The position numbers were made by a program, and so were the translations under genes. From an uncultured Pelagibacteraceae bacterium (GTDB lineage Bacteria; Pseudomonadota; Alphaproteobacteria; Pelagibacterales; Pelagibacteraceae), in NCBI GenBank assembly GCA_902548405.1, contig CACCRN010000002.1, positions 82,874-146,873 on the forward strand: a stretch of 64,000 nt of DNA, read 5' to 3'. Positions 9,058 to 18,289 of this stretch are shown piece after piece. The notes under the pieces are model-generated. The model saw nothing but the letters and a program-made list of their open reading frames with translations, did not search any database and was not told the DNA's origin. Every line of letters begins with the position of its first letter. Within the stretch, counting starts at the first letter, position 1.

Positions 9058-11832
9058 TTAGTGAAGCATTCCCCAATTATCACCAACATTTACATCAACT
9101 GTTAAAGGGGTAGAAAAGGAATGATAATCACTTTGAGTAACACTGGTCATCTCATTCTGTATTAACTTGACCATTGCCTTTTCCTCTTTTTTTGGGACTT
9201 CAAAAATAAGCTCGTCGTGTATTTGAAGAAGTATTTTTGATTTCAAATTTTTTTCTTCATTTAATTTTTTGTGTAATCTGATCATTGCTAACCTCATAAC
9301 TTCAGATGCTGACCCTTGTATTGGAGCATTAATTGCTGCTCTCTCTTGAAAATTTCTTACATTAAAATTTTTATCATTTATTCCATTAAAATGAGATCTT
9401 CTTCCGAATATGTTATTTACATAGCCACTTTTTCTACAAAACTTAATTGTGCTATCCATATAAACTTTAATTTCGGGAAATTTAGCAAAATAAGCATTAA
9501 GAAATTCTTCTGCTTCATAATTAGAAACATTTATTTGTTTGGCTAAACCATACTGAGAAATTCCATAAATTATTCCAAAGTTAATTGCTTTAGCCTTCCT
9601 TCTGTGGTCTTGATTTACCTTTTTGATATCAATATTAAATATTTGGCTGGCTGTTAATGAGTGAATATCCTCGTTATTTTTAAAAGCTTTTTTAAGTTCT
9701 TTAACATCTGCAAGATCTGCTAAAATTCTCATCTCAATTTGATTGTAATCTGCAGATATCAATAAATGATCTTTTTTAGCCTTAAACGCTTTTCTTATAT
9801 ATTTTCCATCTTCAGTTTTAATTGGAATATTTTGCAGATTTGGATCACTTGAGGCCAATCTGCCTGTTGTTGTTGCTGCCAATAAAAAAGATGTATGAAC
9901 CCTTTTTGTATTTGGATTAATATGCTCTGGCAAAGCATCGGAGTAAGTATTTTTTAATTTTGAAACCTGTCTCCAATCTAATACTAATTTTGGAAATTCA
10001 TGACCTTTGAAGGCTAAATCTTCTAAAACACTTGCGCTTGTTGCAAAACTTCCCTTTTTTGTTTTTTTTGTCCCTGCAATCTTAAGATCATTATAAATAA
10101 TTTCTCCTAATTGTTTTGGTGAAGCAATGTTAAATTCTTTCTTAGAAATCTTGAAAACTTCTTTTTCAATTTTTTTAATTTTTTTATCAAATTTAGAGGA
10201 AAGAGAATTTAAAAATTTACTATCTACTTCAACACCTTCGATTTCCATAAATGCGAGTATTTTAATTAGTGGTTTTTCAAAAATCTCATAGATATTAAAT
10301 AATTTTTCAGATTTTAAACTTTTGACAAATTTTTTATATAACCTGAAGGTAACGTCTGCATCTTCTGCTGCGTAATTTTTTGCTGTTTCTAATTCTACTT
10401 CACTAAAATTTATTTCTTTTTTGCCAGTACCAACAATTTCTTTAAACGAAATTGTTTTATGTCCAAGATGGATATCCGAAAGGGTGTCCATGTTATGTCT
10501 GTTCTTTCCAGCATCCAAAACATAGGACATAAGCATGGTATCTTCCATTGATGAAAGTGAAATGCCAAGTTTGTAGAGAACTATAAAATCAAATTTAATA
10601 TTTTGACCAATTTTTTTAACACTTGGGTCCTCTAATAAATTTTTTAATTTATTGATAACGCTATCTCTATTTAAACAATCATTAGATTTATGACCAACTG
10701 GGATGTAACAAGCTTTTCCAATTTTTGAACAAAGTGAAATTCCAACTAAATCAGCCTGATGAGGGTCTAACGAACTTGTCTCTGTATCGACAGCAACTTC
10801 CCCCGCTTCCTCTGCTTCTTCTATCCACTCATCAATTTCATCAATATCTGTAATTAGATGATAGTCCTTATTATTTATTGGTTTTTGTTTTTCAGTAGAT
10901 TTTAAATTATTTTCAGATCCAGATAACTTTGGTTCACCATAAGCTGAAATTGCAGAACTTAATAATCTATTAAATTCCATTTCTCTTAAAAATTTATACA
11001 GTTTATCTTTATCAACCTCTTTGAGTTTAAATTCTGTTAAGTTTTTATTTACTGGAGACTTGTTATCTAGAGTCACAAGTTTTTTACTAATTAAAGCTTT
11101 ATCTTTATTCTCTATTAAAGTTTCTCTTCTTTTGTTCTGTTTAATCTCATGGGCAGAGTCTAATAATTTTTCTAGAGTGCCATACTTATTAATTAATTCT
11201 GCGGCTGTTTTCACTCCTATTCCTGGAACACCAGGTACGTTGTCACTACTATCGCCTGCTAAAGATTGAACATCTATAACTTTTGAAGCATCAACACCAA
11301 ACTTTTTAATCACATCGTCCTCTGTGATAAATTTATTTTTCATGGGATCAAAAATTCGAACATCTTTTTTATAAAGCTGCATTAAATCTTTGTCGGATGA
11401 AACGATTGTAACTTTAGCTCCTTTTTTAAGAATTTGGTCAACATATGTAGCAATTAAATCGTCAGCTTCATAGTTTGGTAAATCCACAGAAGGTAAATTA
11501 AATGCTAAAACTGATTTTCTAATATATTCAAATTGAGGTGCCAAATCATCAGGGGCTTCAGATCGATTTGCTTTATAATCACTATAAATTTCATTTCTAA
11601 AGGTCTTTCTGGCAGAGTCAAAAATTACTGCAAAATGAGTTGGTTTTTGTAAATTTTGATCAGATTTTGAGTCCTCTAATAATTTAAACAACATGCTACA
11701 AAATCCACTAACAGCACCTGTAGGTAGCCCATCACTTTTTCTAGTTAATGGAGGTAAGGCATAATAAGCTCTAAAAATATAACCAGAGCCATCAATTAAA
11801 TAAAAATGATCTGTTTTTTGTATTTTATTCAT
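9058..11832 (-). CDS. polA: DNA polymerase I (ATG at 11832 preferred)
   Basis: 5'-3' exonuclease (LIDGS.YIFRAYYA, EADD), 3'-5' exonuclease (VDTET), polymerase motifs SADY.QIE.R, R..AKAINFG..YG, QIHDEL. Confidence 0.99.
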   Translation of the reverse strand: MNKIQKTDHFYLIDGSGYIFRAYYALPPLTRKSDGLPTGAVSGFCSMLFKLLEDSKSDQNLQKPTHFAVIFDSARKTFRNEIYSDYKANRSEAPDDLAPQFEYIRKSVLAFNLPSVDLPNYEADDLIATYVDQILKKGAKVTIVSSDKDLMQLYKKDVRIFDPMKNKFITEDDVIKKFGVDASKVIDVQSLAGDSSDNVPGVPGIGVKTAAELINKYGTLEKLLDSAHEIKQNKRRETLIENKDKALISKKLVTLDNKSPVNKNLTEFKLKEVDKDKLYKFLREMEFNRLLSSAISAYGEPKLSGSENNLKSTEKQKPINNKDYHLITDIDEIDEWIEEAEEAGEVAVDTETSSLDPHQADLVGISLCSKIGKACYIPVGHKSNDCLNRDSVINKLKNLLEDPSVKKIGQNIKFDFIVLYKLGISLSSMEDTMLMSYVLDAGKNRHNMDTLSDIHLGHKTISFKEIVGTGKKEINFSEVELETAKNYAAEDADVTFRLYKKFVKSLKSEKLFNIYEIFEKPLIKILAFMEIEGVEVDSKFLNSLSSKFDKKIKKIEKEVFKISKKEFNIASPKQLGEIIYNDLKIAGTKKTKKGSFATSASVLEDLAFKGHEFPKLVLDWRQVSKLKNTYSDALPEHINPNTKRVHTSFLLAATTTGRLASSDPNLQNIPIKTEDGKYIRKAFKAKKDHLLISADYNQIEMRILADLADVKELKKAFKNNEDIHSLTASQIFNIDIKKVNQDHRRKAKAINFGIIYGISQYGLAKQINVSNYEAEEFLNAYFAKFPEIKVYMDSTIKFCRKSGYVNNIFGRRSHFNGINDKNFNVRNFQERAAINAPIQGSASEVMRLAMIRLHKKLNEEKNLKSKILLQIHDELIFEVPKKEEKAMVKLIQNEMTSVTQSDYHSFSTPLTVDVNVGDNWGMLH

Positions 11833-11943
11833 GAGGATTAACAAATATTACATTGCTAACAATTTCTGTATATAAAAAAATAAAATTAAATCTTAAGGCT
11901 AATATAGCTAGATTATTTTTTATATTTTGAGTATTATTTTAAT

Positions 11944-12495
11944 ATGGAACTTACAAAAAACTTAACACAAACAAAAATCATAAAATCTTTATTAGCAGTA
12001 ATTCTAGGTTCAATTGCTTTAACTATTTCTGCAAAAATTAAGATTCCATTTTATCCAGTTCCAATGACAATGCAGACATTTGTTGTGTTATTTTTAGGTG
12101 TAAGCTTAGGTTATAAAATTGGTTTAGCTTCTGTAGGTTTGTATTTGTTAGAGGGTATTGCAGGATTACCAGTATTTTCAAACTCCCCAGAAAAAGGAGT
12201 TGGTATAGTCTATTTTACTGGTCCAACGATGGGATATTTAATTGGTTTTTTAACTGCTTGTTATTTAGCATCAAAAATTAATACAAAAGATAGTTTAATA
12301 AATATTTTAACTAAATTAATTATTGCAACCTCTACGATTTATATCTTGGGTTTAATATGGCTAGGTACTTTGATTGGTTGGGATAAACCAATATTCTCAC
12401 TAGGTGCAAAACCTTTTTTATTAGCAGAATTATTTAAAATTATTATTTTAGCTTTAGTTACTAAACAAATAATTAAAATTAGAAATATTATCTAG
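11944..12495 (+). CDS. bioY: Biotin transporter S component BioY
   Basis: PVPMTMQTF, G..GLPVFS, GPT.GYL.GF; hydrophobic. Confidence 0.93.
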   Translation: MELTKNLTQTKIIKSLLAVILGSIALTISAKIKIPFYPVPMTMQTFVVLFLGVSLGYKIGLASVGLYLLEGIAGLPVFSNSPEKGVGIVYFTGPTMGYLIGFLTACYLASKINTKDSLINILTKLIIATSTIYILGLIWLGTLIGWDKPIFSLGAKPFLLAELFKIIILALVTKQIIKIRNII

Positions 12496-13054
12496 GAGAT
12501 CTTTTAGATAGAATTCTTTGAAGAGTTCTTCTATGCATTTTCAATCTTCGAGCTGTTTCGGAAACATTCCTATTACATAATTCAAATACTCTATGAATAT
12601 GTTCCCATTTAACTCTATCAGCTGACATTGGATTTTCTGGTGGTGCTGCTTTTTTAGCTGGATCTGCCAACAATGCTTTTTCTACATCTTCTGCATCTGC
12701 TGGTTTTGCTAAGTAATCAATTGCACCTTCTTTAATTGCTGCAACTGCTGTGGGAATATTTCCATAACCAGTTAGCATTATAATTCGGCTATTATTATTT
12801 GAAGATTGAATTTCCTTAACAACCTCAAGACCATTTCCGTCTCCAAGTCTTAAGTCTACGACTGCAAAACCTGGTTTTTTACTTTTAACAGACTCAATAC
12901 CTTTTTTTACACTCTCAGCTTGAAAAACTTCAAAGCCCTTTTTTTCCATTGCTCTTGCAAGTCTTTCTCTAAAAGGATTATCGTCATCTGCAATTAGAAG
13001 CGATTTATTTTCAAAATCACTTAAATTTTGCAATTTGGCTTCGTTTTTCATCAC
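12488..13054 (-). CDS. regA: RegA/PrrA/ActR redox response regulator
   Basis: DLRL.DGNGL, LTGYGNI.TAV.A.K.GA.DYL.KP, PMSADRV.WEHI.RV.E.C..NVSETARRL.MHRRTLQRIL.KRSPR. Confidence 0.97.
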   Translation of the reverse strand: MMKNEAKLQNLSDFENKSLLIADDDNPFRERLARAMEKKGFEVFQAESVKKGIESVKSKKPGFAVVDLRLGDGNGLEVVKEIQSSNNNSRIIMLTGYGNIPTAVAAIKEGAIDYLAKPADAEDVEKALLADPAKKAAPPENPMSADRVKWEHIHRVFELCNRNVSETARRLKMHRRTLQRILSKRSPR

Positions 13055-13088
13055 CTACATATGGGGTCTAAATCAAATATTACAATAC

Positions 13089-13193
13089 ATGAAAAATACG
13101 CATATCAGGCTTGAATTATTTACTTTACATTGCCTACGTTTACTTTATATGCCTCAAATTATTAAAGTTTTATTAAAAACTTTTTTTTATTAA
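13089..13193 (+). CDS. Putative leader peptide (uORF) MKNTHIRLELFTLHCLRLLYMPQIIKVLLKTFFY, with an internal in-frame ATG at 13149
   Basis: 34 sense codons read by hand in the regA-decarboxylase intergenic region; ends 10 nt before the SD of the next gene; too short for the ORF track; translation unproven. Confidence 0.35.
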   Translation: MKNTHIRLELFTLHCLRLLYMPQIIKVLLKTFFY

Positions 13194-13216
13194 ATTTTTT
13201 TTTGGAGGCATATGAA
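13144..13216 (+). promoter_or_regulatory. Structured 5' leader that sequesters the Shine-Dalgarno sequence of the polyamine operon
   Basis: ATATGCCTC (13147-13155) is the exact reverse complement of GAGGCATAT (13205-13213), which overlaps GGAGG (13204-13208); inner hairpin AAAGTTTT-ATTA-AAAACTTT (13164-13183) is followed by a T-run. Confidence 0.6.
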
Positions 13217-14401
13217 ATGCAAAAATTTAAGTCAGTTGAAGAACTTATAAATCAGCTGAAACCTGAAAAGCCTATTTATTGTATTAGGAAGAAATCTATA
13301 GAGACTTCGGTTAAATTTTTCTTAGATAAATTTCCTGGAAAAATATTATATGCAGTCAAAACAAACCCACATCCTGAAGTTATTCAAACTATTTTAAATA
13401 ATGGTGTAAACCAATTTGATGTTGCCTCGATAGAGGAAATTAAGGCCATAAGAAAAATAACTCAAAATGCAAAATGTTCTTACATGCATACAGTAAAAAG
13501 TAGAGAAAGTATAAAAGAGGCCTATTTTAATTATGGTGTAAAAACCTTCTCATTAGATACAAAAGAAGAGTTAATTAAAATTATTGAAAGCACAAATAAT
13601 GCAAAAGATTTAGAATTATTTGTAAGAGTTGCTGTTTCAAATGAGCATGCTGAAATTGATTTATCTAAAAAATTTGGAGCACTAACATCTGAAGCTGTGG
13701 GATTGCTAAGATTAGTAAAACAATATGCAAAAAAAATTGGATTAAGTTTCCATGTTGGATCACAGTGTATGCACCCAATTTCATACGCCAAAGGTATAAA
13801 TGAGATTGGGAATATAATTAAAAAAACAAAAATAATACCTGATACAATAAATGTTGGTGGTGGATTTCCAACAATTTATCCAGATTTAATTCCTCAATCA
13901 CTAGATGAATACTTCAATGAAATTAAAAAAAGTTTATCTAATTTAAAATTAGAAAAGTTGCCAGAGATAATTTGTGAACCAGGAAGAGCATTGGTTGCAG
14001 AAAGTGGTTCAACAATTGTTAAAGTTAATTTAAGAAAAAAACAAAAACTTTATATAAACGATGGAACATATGGAACCTTATTTGATGCAGGGACACCTAA
14101 CATAGTTTATCCATCTAAAATGATTAAAGAAAATTCAAATAAAATAATCTCAAAAAAAATGACTGCTTTTGATTTCTTTGGTCCTACTTGCGATAGCATG
14201 GATTATATGAAAGGACCTTTTGTATTACCAAATAACATTAAGGAAAATGATTACATAGAACTTGGTCAACTTGGAGCATATGGATTAACTTTTAGAACAC
14301 AATTCAATGGTTACTATTCAGATGAAATTTATGAAGTTGAAGATAAACCAATAATGTCAATGTATGAAAAAGACGTTAATAGCGCTCATATGGTTGCTTA
14401 A
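13217..14401 (+). CDS. Fold-type III PLP basic amino acid decarboxylase (ODC-like; may act on arginine)
   Basis: YAVKTNP (PLP Lys), FDVAS..E, FHVGSQC, NVGGGFP, EPGR, GPTCDS.D, GAY; GGAGG 8 nt upstream of ATG 13217. Confidence 0.9.
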   Translation: MQKFKSVEELINQLKPEKPIYCIRKKSIETSVKFFLDKFPGKILYAVKTNPHPEVIQTILNNGVNQFDVASIEEIKAIRKITQNAKCSYMHTVKSRESIKEAYFNYGVKTFSLDTKEELIKIIESTNNAKDLELFVRVAVSNEHAEIDLSKKFGALTSEAVGLLRLVKQYAKKIGLSFHVGSQCMHPISYAKGINEIGNIIKKTKIIPDTINVGGGFPTIYPDLIPQSLDEYFNEIKKSLSNLKLEKLPEIICEPGRALVAESGSTIVKVNLRKKQKLYINDGTYGTLFDAGTPNIVYPSKMIKENSNKIISKKMTAFDFFGPTCDSMDYMKGPFVLPNNIKENDYIELGQLGAYGLTFRTQFNGYYSDEIYEVEDKPIMSMYEKDVNSAHMVA

Positions 14402-15444
14402 TGTCAGACCAAAAAAATCCAGGACATAACAGTAAAAGAGATTTTTTAAAAAATCCTGTCGAACATATAGATATTACTTCATTTGACTCTAGAACAATTA
14501 TTTCTTCAATGGAGAAAATGTCATTTGTATCTAGAGAAACTGCAAATGCAGCGAACATTTACAACGAAATGCTTAAAGATAAGGAATGTACAATTTTTCT
14601 TACTTTAGCAGGATCAACATCTGCAGCAGGATGTATGAATATTTATAAAGATCTTGTTAAATACAATATGGTTGATGCAATTGTAGCAACAGGGGCATCA
14701 ATTGTAGATATGGATTTTTTTGAAGCTCTTGGATTTAAACATTATCAGGGATCTCAATTTCAAGATGATACTGAATTAAGAGACAACTATATTGATAGAA
14801 TTTACGATACATATATCGACGAAGAAGAGCTTCAAATGTGTGATAAAATTATTTGCGAAATAGCAGATACTTTAGAACCAAGAAGTTATACTTCGAGAGA
14901 GTTTATTTTAGAAATGGGAAAATATTTAAAAAAAAATTCAAAAAAGAAAGACTCTTTAATTGAAACAGCTTACGATAATAATGTTCCAATTTTTTGTCCA
15001 GCTTTCACAGATTCAAGCGCAGGTTTTGGTCTTGTAATGCATCAAGAAAAAAATCCAAAAAAACATATGACTATAGACTCAGTTAGAGAATTTAGAGAAC
15101 TAACTGAAATTAAAATCAAATCAAAAGGTTCTGGTTTATTTATGATTGGTGGAGGAGTTCCTAAAAATTTTATTCAAGACACTGTTATTTGTGCTGAGCT
15201 TCTTGGTAAAAATGTAGATATGCATAAGTATGCTGTACAAATTACAGTTGCTGATAGTAGAGATGGTGCATGTAGTAGTTCTACTTTAAAAGAAGCGAGT
15301 TCTTGGGGTAAAGTGGATATCACTAAAGAACAAATGGTATTTGCTGAAGCAACAAGTGTATTGCCATTAATAGCTAGCGATGCTTACCACAAAGGTGAGT
15401 GGAAAAATAGAGAACGAAAAAACTTCTCAAAATTATTTATATAA
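14401..15444 (+). CDS. Deoxyhypusine synthase-like protein (probable homospermidine-type aminobutyltransferase)
   Basis: IDRIYD, PIFCPAFTDSS.G, IGGGVPKNF, DG..SS.T..EA.SWGKV with the catalytic Lys. Confidence 0.9.
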   Translation: MSDQKNPGHNSKRDFLKNPVEHIDITSFDSRTIISSMEKMSFVSRETANAANIYNEMLKDKECTIFLTLAGSTSAAGCMNIYKDLVKYNMVDAIVATGASIVDMDFFEALGFKHYQGSQFQDDTELRDNYIDRIYDTYIDEEELQMCDKIICEIADTLEPRSYTSREFILEMGKYLKKNSKKKDSLIETAYDNNVPIFCPAFTDSSAGFGLVMHQEKNPKKHMTIDSVREFRELTEIKIKSKGSGLFMIGGGVPKNFIQDTVICAELLGKNVDMHKYAVQITVADSRDGACSSSTLKEASSWGKVDITKEQMVFAEATSVLPLIASDAYHKGEWKNRERKNFSKLFI

Positions 15445-15446
15445 AA

Positions 15447-16322
15447 TTGAAATATTTATCAAACAAACATGGTTTCTTAGGAATTGATAATACATTCAAC
15501 TTCAAAGAAAAAGTAGTAGTCGTTCCATTTGGACTTGAAAAAACAGTTAGTTATGGTGGTGGAACAAAAAATGGACCAAAAGAAATTATCAAAGCTTCTC
15601 AACAAGTTGAACTTTATGATGAGGAACTAAATTGTGAACCTTACAAAAAAATAGGTATCAAGACATTAAAACCATTTAAAATTGATAAAAATATCAAAGT
15701 AGCATTAAATAAAATTTCTAAAATCAATGGGGAAATTTTAGATAAAAAACTATTTCCAATGACTTTTGGTGGTGAACATTCAATTACACCAGGATGCATT
15801 GTTCCTTTTACAAAGAAATATAAAAATATTTGTCTTTTACATTTTGATGCGCACGCAGATTTACGTGAAAGTTATAATGGTGAAAAATTTTCACATGCAT
15901 CGGCAATAAGAAGGTGTTTAGATTATAAAAATGTGTCTTTAATTTCTTTTGGAATTAGAAATATATCAGAAAGTGAGATTCCATTTTTGAAAAAAAATTC
16001 AAATAGAATAGATATCTTCTGGGCAAAAGATAAAAAAAAATGGAATTTAAATAAATTTAAAAAATTAATAAAAAATAAGACTGTTTACTTAACGTTTGAT
16101 GTAGATGGATTAGATTCAAGTATTATGCCTGCTACCGGAACACCTGAACCAGGTGGATTGTTGTGGGACGAGACATTAGAGATAATTAGAATTGCAGCAA
16201 AAAATTCAAATATAGTTGGAGCTGACATTAATGAACTTTCTCCAATTAAAGGATTTAACTCCTATAATTTTCTTGTTGCTAAATTAGCTTATAAAATTTT
16301 GTCTTATAAATTTTTGTATTAG
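15447..16322 (+). CDS. speB: Agmatinase-family ureohydrolase (TTG start)
   Basis: GGEHSIT, HFDAHADL, SHAS, FDVDGLD...PATGTPEPGG. Confidence 0.9.
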   Translation: MKYLSNKHGFLGIDNTFNFKEKVVVVPFGLEKTVSYGGGTKNGPKEIIKASQQVELYDEELNCEPYKKIGIKTLKPFKIDKNIKVALNKISKINGEILDKKLFPMTFGGEHSITPGCIVPFTKKYKNICLLHFDAHADLRESYNGEKFSHASAIRRCLDYKNVSLISFGIRNISESEIPFLKKNSNRIDIFWAKDKKKWNLNKFKKLIKNKTVYLTFDVDGLDSSIMPATGTPEPGGLLWDETLEIIRIAAKNSNIVGADINELSPIKGFNSYNFLVAKLAYKILSYKFLY

Positions 16323-16873
16323 ACTTTAATTGGCTTAAATATTTTTAATAACATTCTAAATGGTATTAACATTATCAGTGCTACTAACAACTTAACACCT
16401 AAATCACCTAAGGACAAAGTTACCCAAGGAACTCCTGTTCCATAAAATGAAATTGAGAAAAATAAAAAAGTATCAATAGTTGAACCAATTAATGATGAAG
16501 TTAGAGGTGCAACAAACCACTGTTTTTTTCTTAAACGATCAAATATTTGAATATCTAACAATTGGGCTGTAAGGAAAGCAATTCCAGATCCAACTGCAAT
16601 TCTTATAGAAATTAAATCTTCGAAGTTTGTTGAGAAAAATAGAGTAAAAATAATTCCTATAAAAAAACCAAAATAAACTATTTTTCTCGCAATTATTTTT
16701 CCATAAGATCTATTTGCTAAATCAGTTATCAAAAAAGCTACAGGATAACTAAAAGCTCCATAAGTAAGAATTTCATTTAATCCATAATAATTTATTGGAA
16801 ATTGAACAAGATAGTTTGAGGATAAAACAACTACACCCATCATTAAAGATAGGATGATAAAAAATTTATTCAT
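16319..16873 (-). CDS. yhhQ: Queuosine precursor transporter (VUT/YhhQ family)
   Basis: SNYLVQ.P, T.GAF.YP.AFL.TDL.NR.YG...AR, RIA.GS..AFL..QLLD...FD.LR. Confidence 0.85.
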   Translation of the reverse strand: MNKFFIILSLMMGVVVLSSNYLVQFPINYYGLNEILTYGAFSYPVAFLITDLANRSYGKIIARKIVYFGFFIGIIFTLFFSTNFEDLISIRIAVGSGIAFLTAQLLDIQIFDRLRKKQWFVAPLTSSLIGSTIDTFLFFSISFYGTGVPWVTLSLGDLGVKLLVALIMLIPFRMLLKIFKPIKV

Positions 16874-17184
16874 TAAGCAGATTTAGCTACTGGCTTTTTT
16901 TTATATGGCGATTTTAATAAAATAACTTTTTTAAGTTTTTTTAATCTTGGTGAAATATTTTTATTTTTTACAGTTTTTAAGAACTCGTCAAAACTACCTT
17001 TTTTATCAACTGATCTTACTCCTGAATTACTAACAGTTAGTTTCAAACTTCTTCCAGCAAGCTCACTTGTAAATTTTACTTTTTTTAAATTAGGTAAAAA
17101 TCTTCTTTTAGTCTTATTGTTAGCATGACTAACATTATGACCTTTCATAGGAATTTTACCAGTTAGTTCGCATTTTTTTGACAT
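16873..17184 (-). CDS. rpmB: 50S ribosomal protein L28 (true start ATG 17184)
   Basis: [10 protein letters not shown]....[19 protein letters not shown]. Confidence 0.97.
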   Translation of the reverse strand: MSKKCELTGKIPMKGHNVSHANNKTKRRFLPNLKKVKFTSELAGRSLKLTVSNSGVRSVDKKGSFDEFLKTVKNKNISPRLKKLKKVILLKSPYKKKPVAKSA

Positions 17185-17196
17185 AATTTCAGTGCC

Positions 17197-17226
17197 TATA
17201 TAAGGGGAGATATTAAGGGCGTCAAG
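17197..17226 (-). promoter_or_regulatory. Putative RpoD promoter of rpmB-yhhQ
   Basis: Minus strand (C)TTGACG (17225-17220), 17 nt, TATATA (17202-17197), 12 nt, ATG. Confidence 0.6.
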
Positions 17227-17236
17227 TTTATTAAAA

Positions 17237-18289
17237 TTAAGAAAAAGTTTTATTTCCAACGATTTCTGAAATATTTTTCACCCCATCTCTAAGAAATAAT
17301 TCTTTTAGCTCTTTTTTAATGTTTGCAGCAATGTTAGGTCCTTGAAATACCATTCCGGTATACAGCTGAATATAATCTGCCCCTGACAAAAATTTATCAT
17401 ATGCAGACTTTCCTGAGTCTATACCTCCTACCCCAATTATTTTAATTCTACCATTTAACAATTTAAAGAATTGATTAATGAGTAAATTTGATTTTTGTTC
17501 AATCGGCTTTCCTGATAAGCCTCCTTTTTGATGACGTTGAATATTTTTTAAATCATCCCTAGTACTTTCTGATGTATTTGAAATAATTATTGCAGATATT
17601 TCATTTTCTAAAAGGATTTCTGATATTAACTCAATTTGGTTTAAATCAATGTCTGGAGAAATTTTAACTACGATTGGAATGTCAGTTTTCAATTCATTTT
17701 TCTTATCTTTAATTGATTTTAATAATTCTTTTAATTTATTTCCATCATGAAAATTTCTTAAATTTTCAGTATTAGGAGAAGAAATATTTATTGTAATATA
17801 ATCAGCAACTTCATAAAATTTTTCTAATCCAATTAAATAATCATTCAATCGATTATCAGAGTCTTTATTTGGTCCAACATTTACTCCAAGTATTCCAATT
17901 TTTTTATTTGATTTTATTCTATTTAAAATAGTTTCAGATCCTTGATTGTTGAATCCCAATCTATTAATTAACGCTTGATCTTCAACTAATCTAAATACTC
18001 TTGGCTTTTCATTACCATATTGTTTTAAAGGAGTAACAGTTCCAACTTCAACAAAACCAAATCCCAATTTAAATAAAGGATTGTAAACTTCTGCATTTTT
18101 GTCAAAACCAGCTGCTATTCCTATTGGATTGCTTAAATCTTTACCAAATATTTGTGTTTTGAAAATTGGATCATTTTTATTTTCATCAAATACATTTGAT
18201 ACTAAATTAAATTTTAAAGATTGAATTGCTAGAGTATGGGCTTTTTCTGGATCTAATTTAAAAATTAAAGATCTTAAATTTGAATACAT
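17237..18289 (-). CDS. pyrD: Quinone-dependent dihydroorotate dehydrogenase (class 2)
   Basis: [46 protein letters not shown]. Confidence 0.98.
   Translation of the reverse strand: MYSNLRSLIFKLDPEKAHTLAIQSLKFNLVSNVFDENKNDPIFKTQIFGKDLSNPIGIAAGFDKNAEVYNPLFKLGFGFVEVGTVTPLKQYGNEKPRVFRLVEDQALINRLGFNNQGSETILNRIKSNKKIGILGVNVGPNKDSDNRLNDYLIGLEKFYEVADYITINISSPNTENLRNFHDGNKLKELLKSIKDKKNELKTDIPIVVKISPDIDLNQIELISEILLENEISAIIISNTSESTRDDLKNIQRHQKGGLSGKPIEQKSNLLINQFFKLLNGRIKIIGVGGIDSGKSAYDKFLSGADYIQLYTGMVFQGPNIAANIKKELKELFLRDGVKNISEIVGNKTFS

Noticed and set aside
11870-11925. Imperfect inverted repeat between polA and bioY (ATATAAAAAA...AATCT..GCTA-ATA-TAGC.AGATT.TTTTTTATAT) as a biotin operator
   Set aside because: Mostly A/T pairing expected by chance at this composition; no match to the BioR or BirA boxes I recall
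13212-13250. Out-of-frame ATG (MKCKNLSQLKNL) next to the decarboxylase SD
   Set aside because: Only 3 nt from GGAGG, a poor spacing; ATG 13217 has good spacing and is in frame
16873-16900. preQ1 riboswitch upstream of yhhQ
   Set aside because: yhhQ overlaps the rpmB stop codon, leaving no leader, and no preQ1 motif is visible
17185-17259. Apparent 25-aa N-terminal extension of L28 in the ORF track
   Set aside because: The conserved L28 start is ATG 17184; the extension covers the promoter and the pyrD stop
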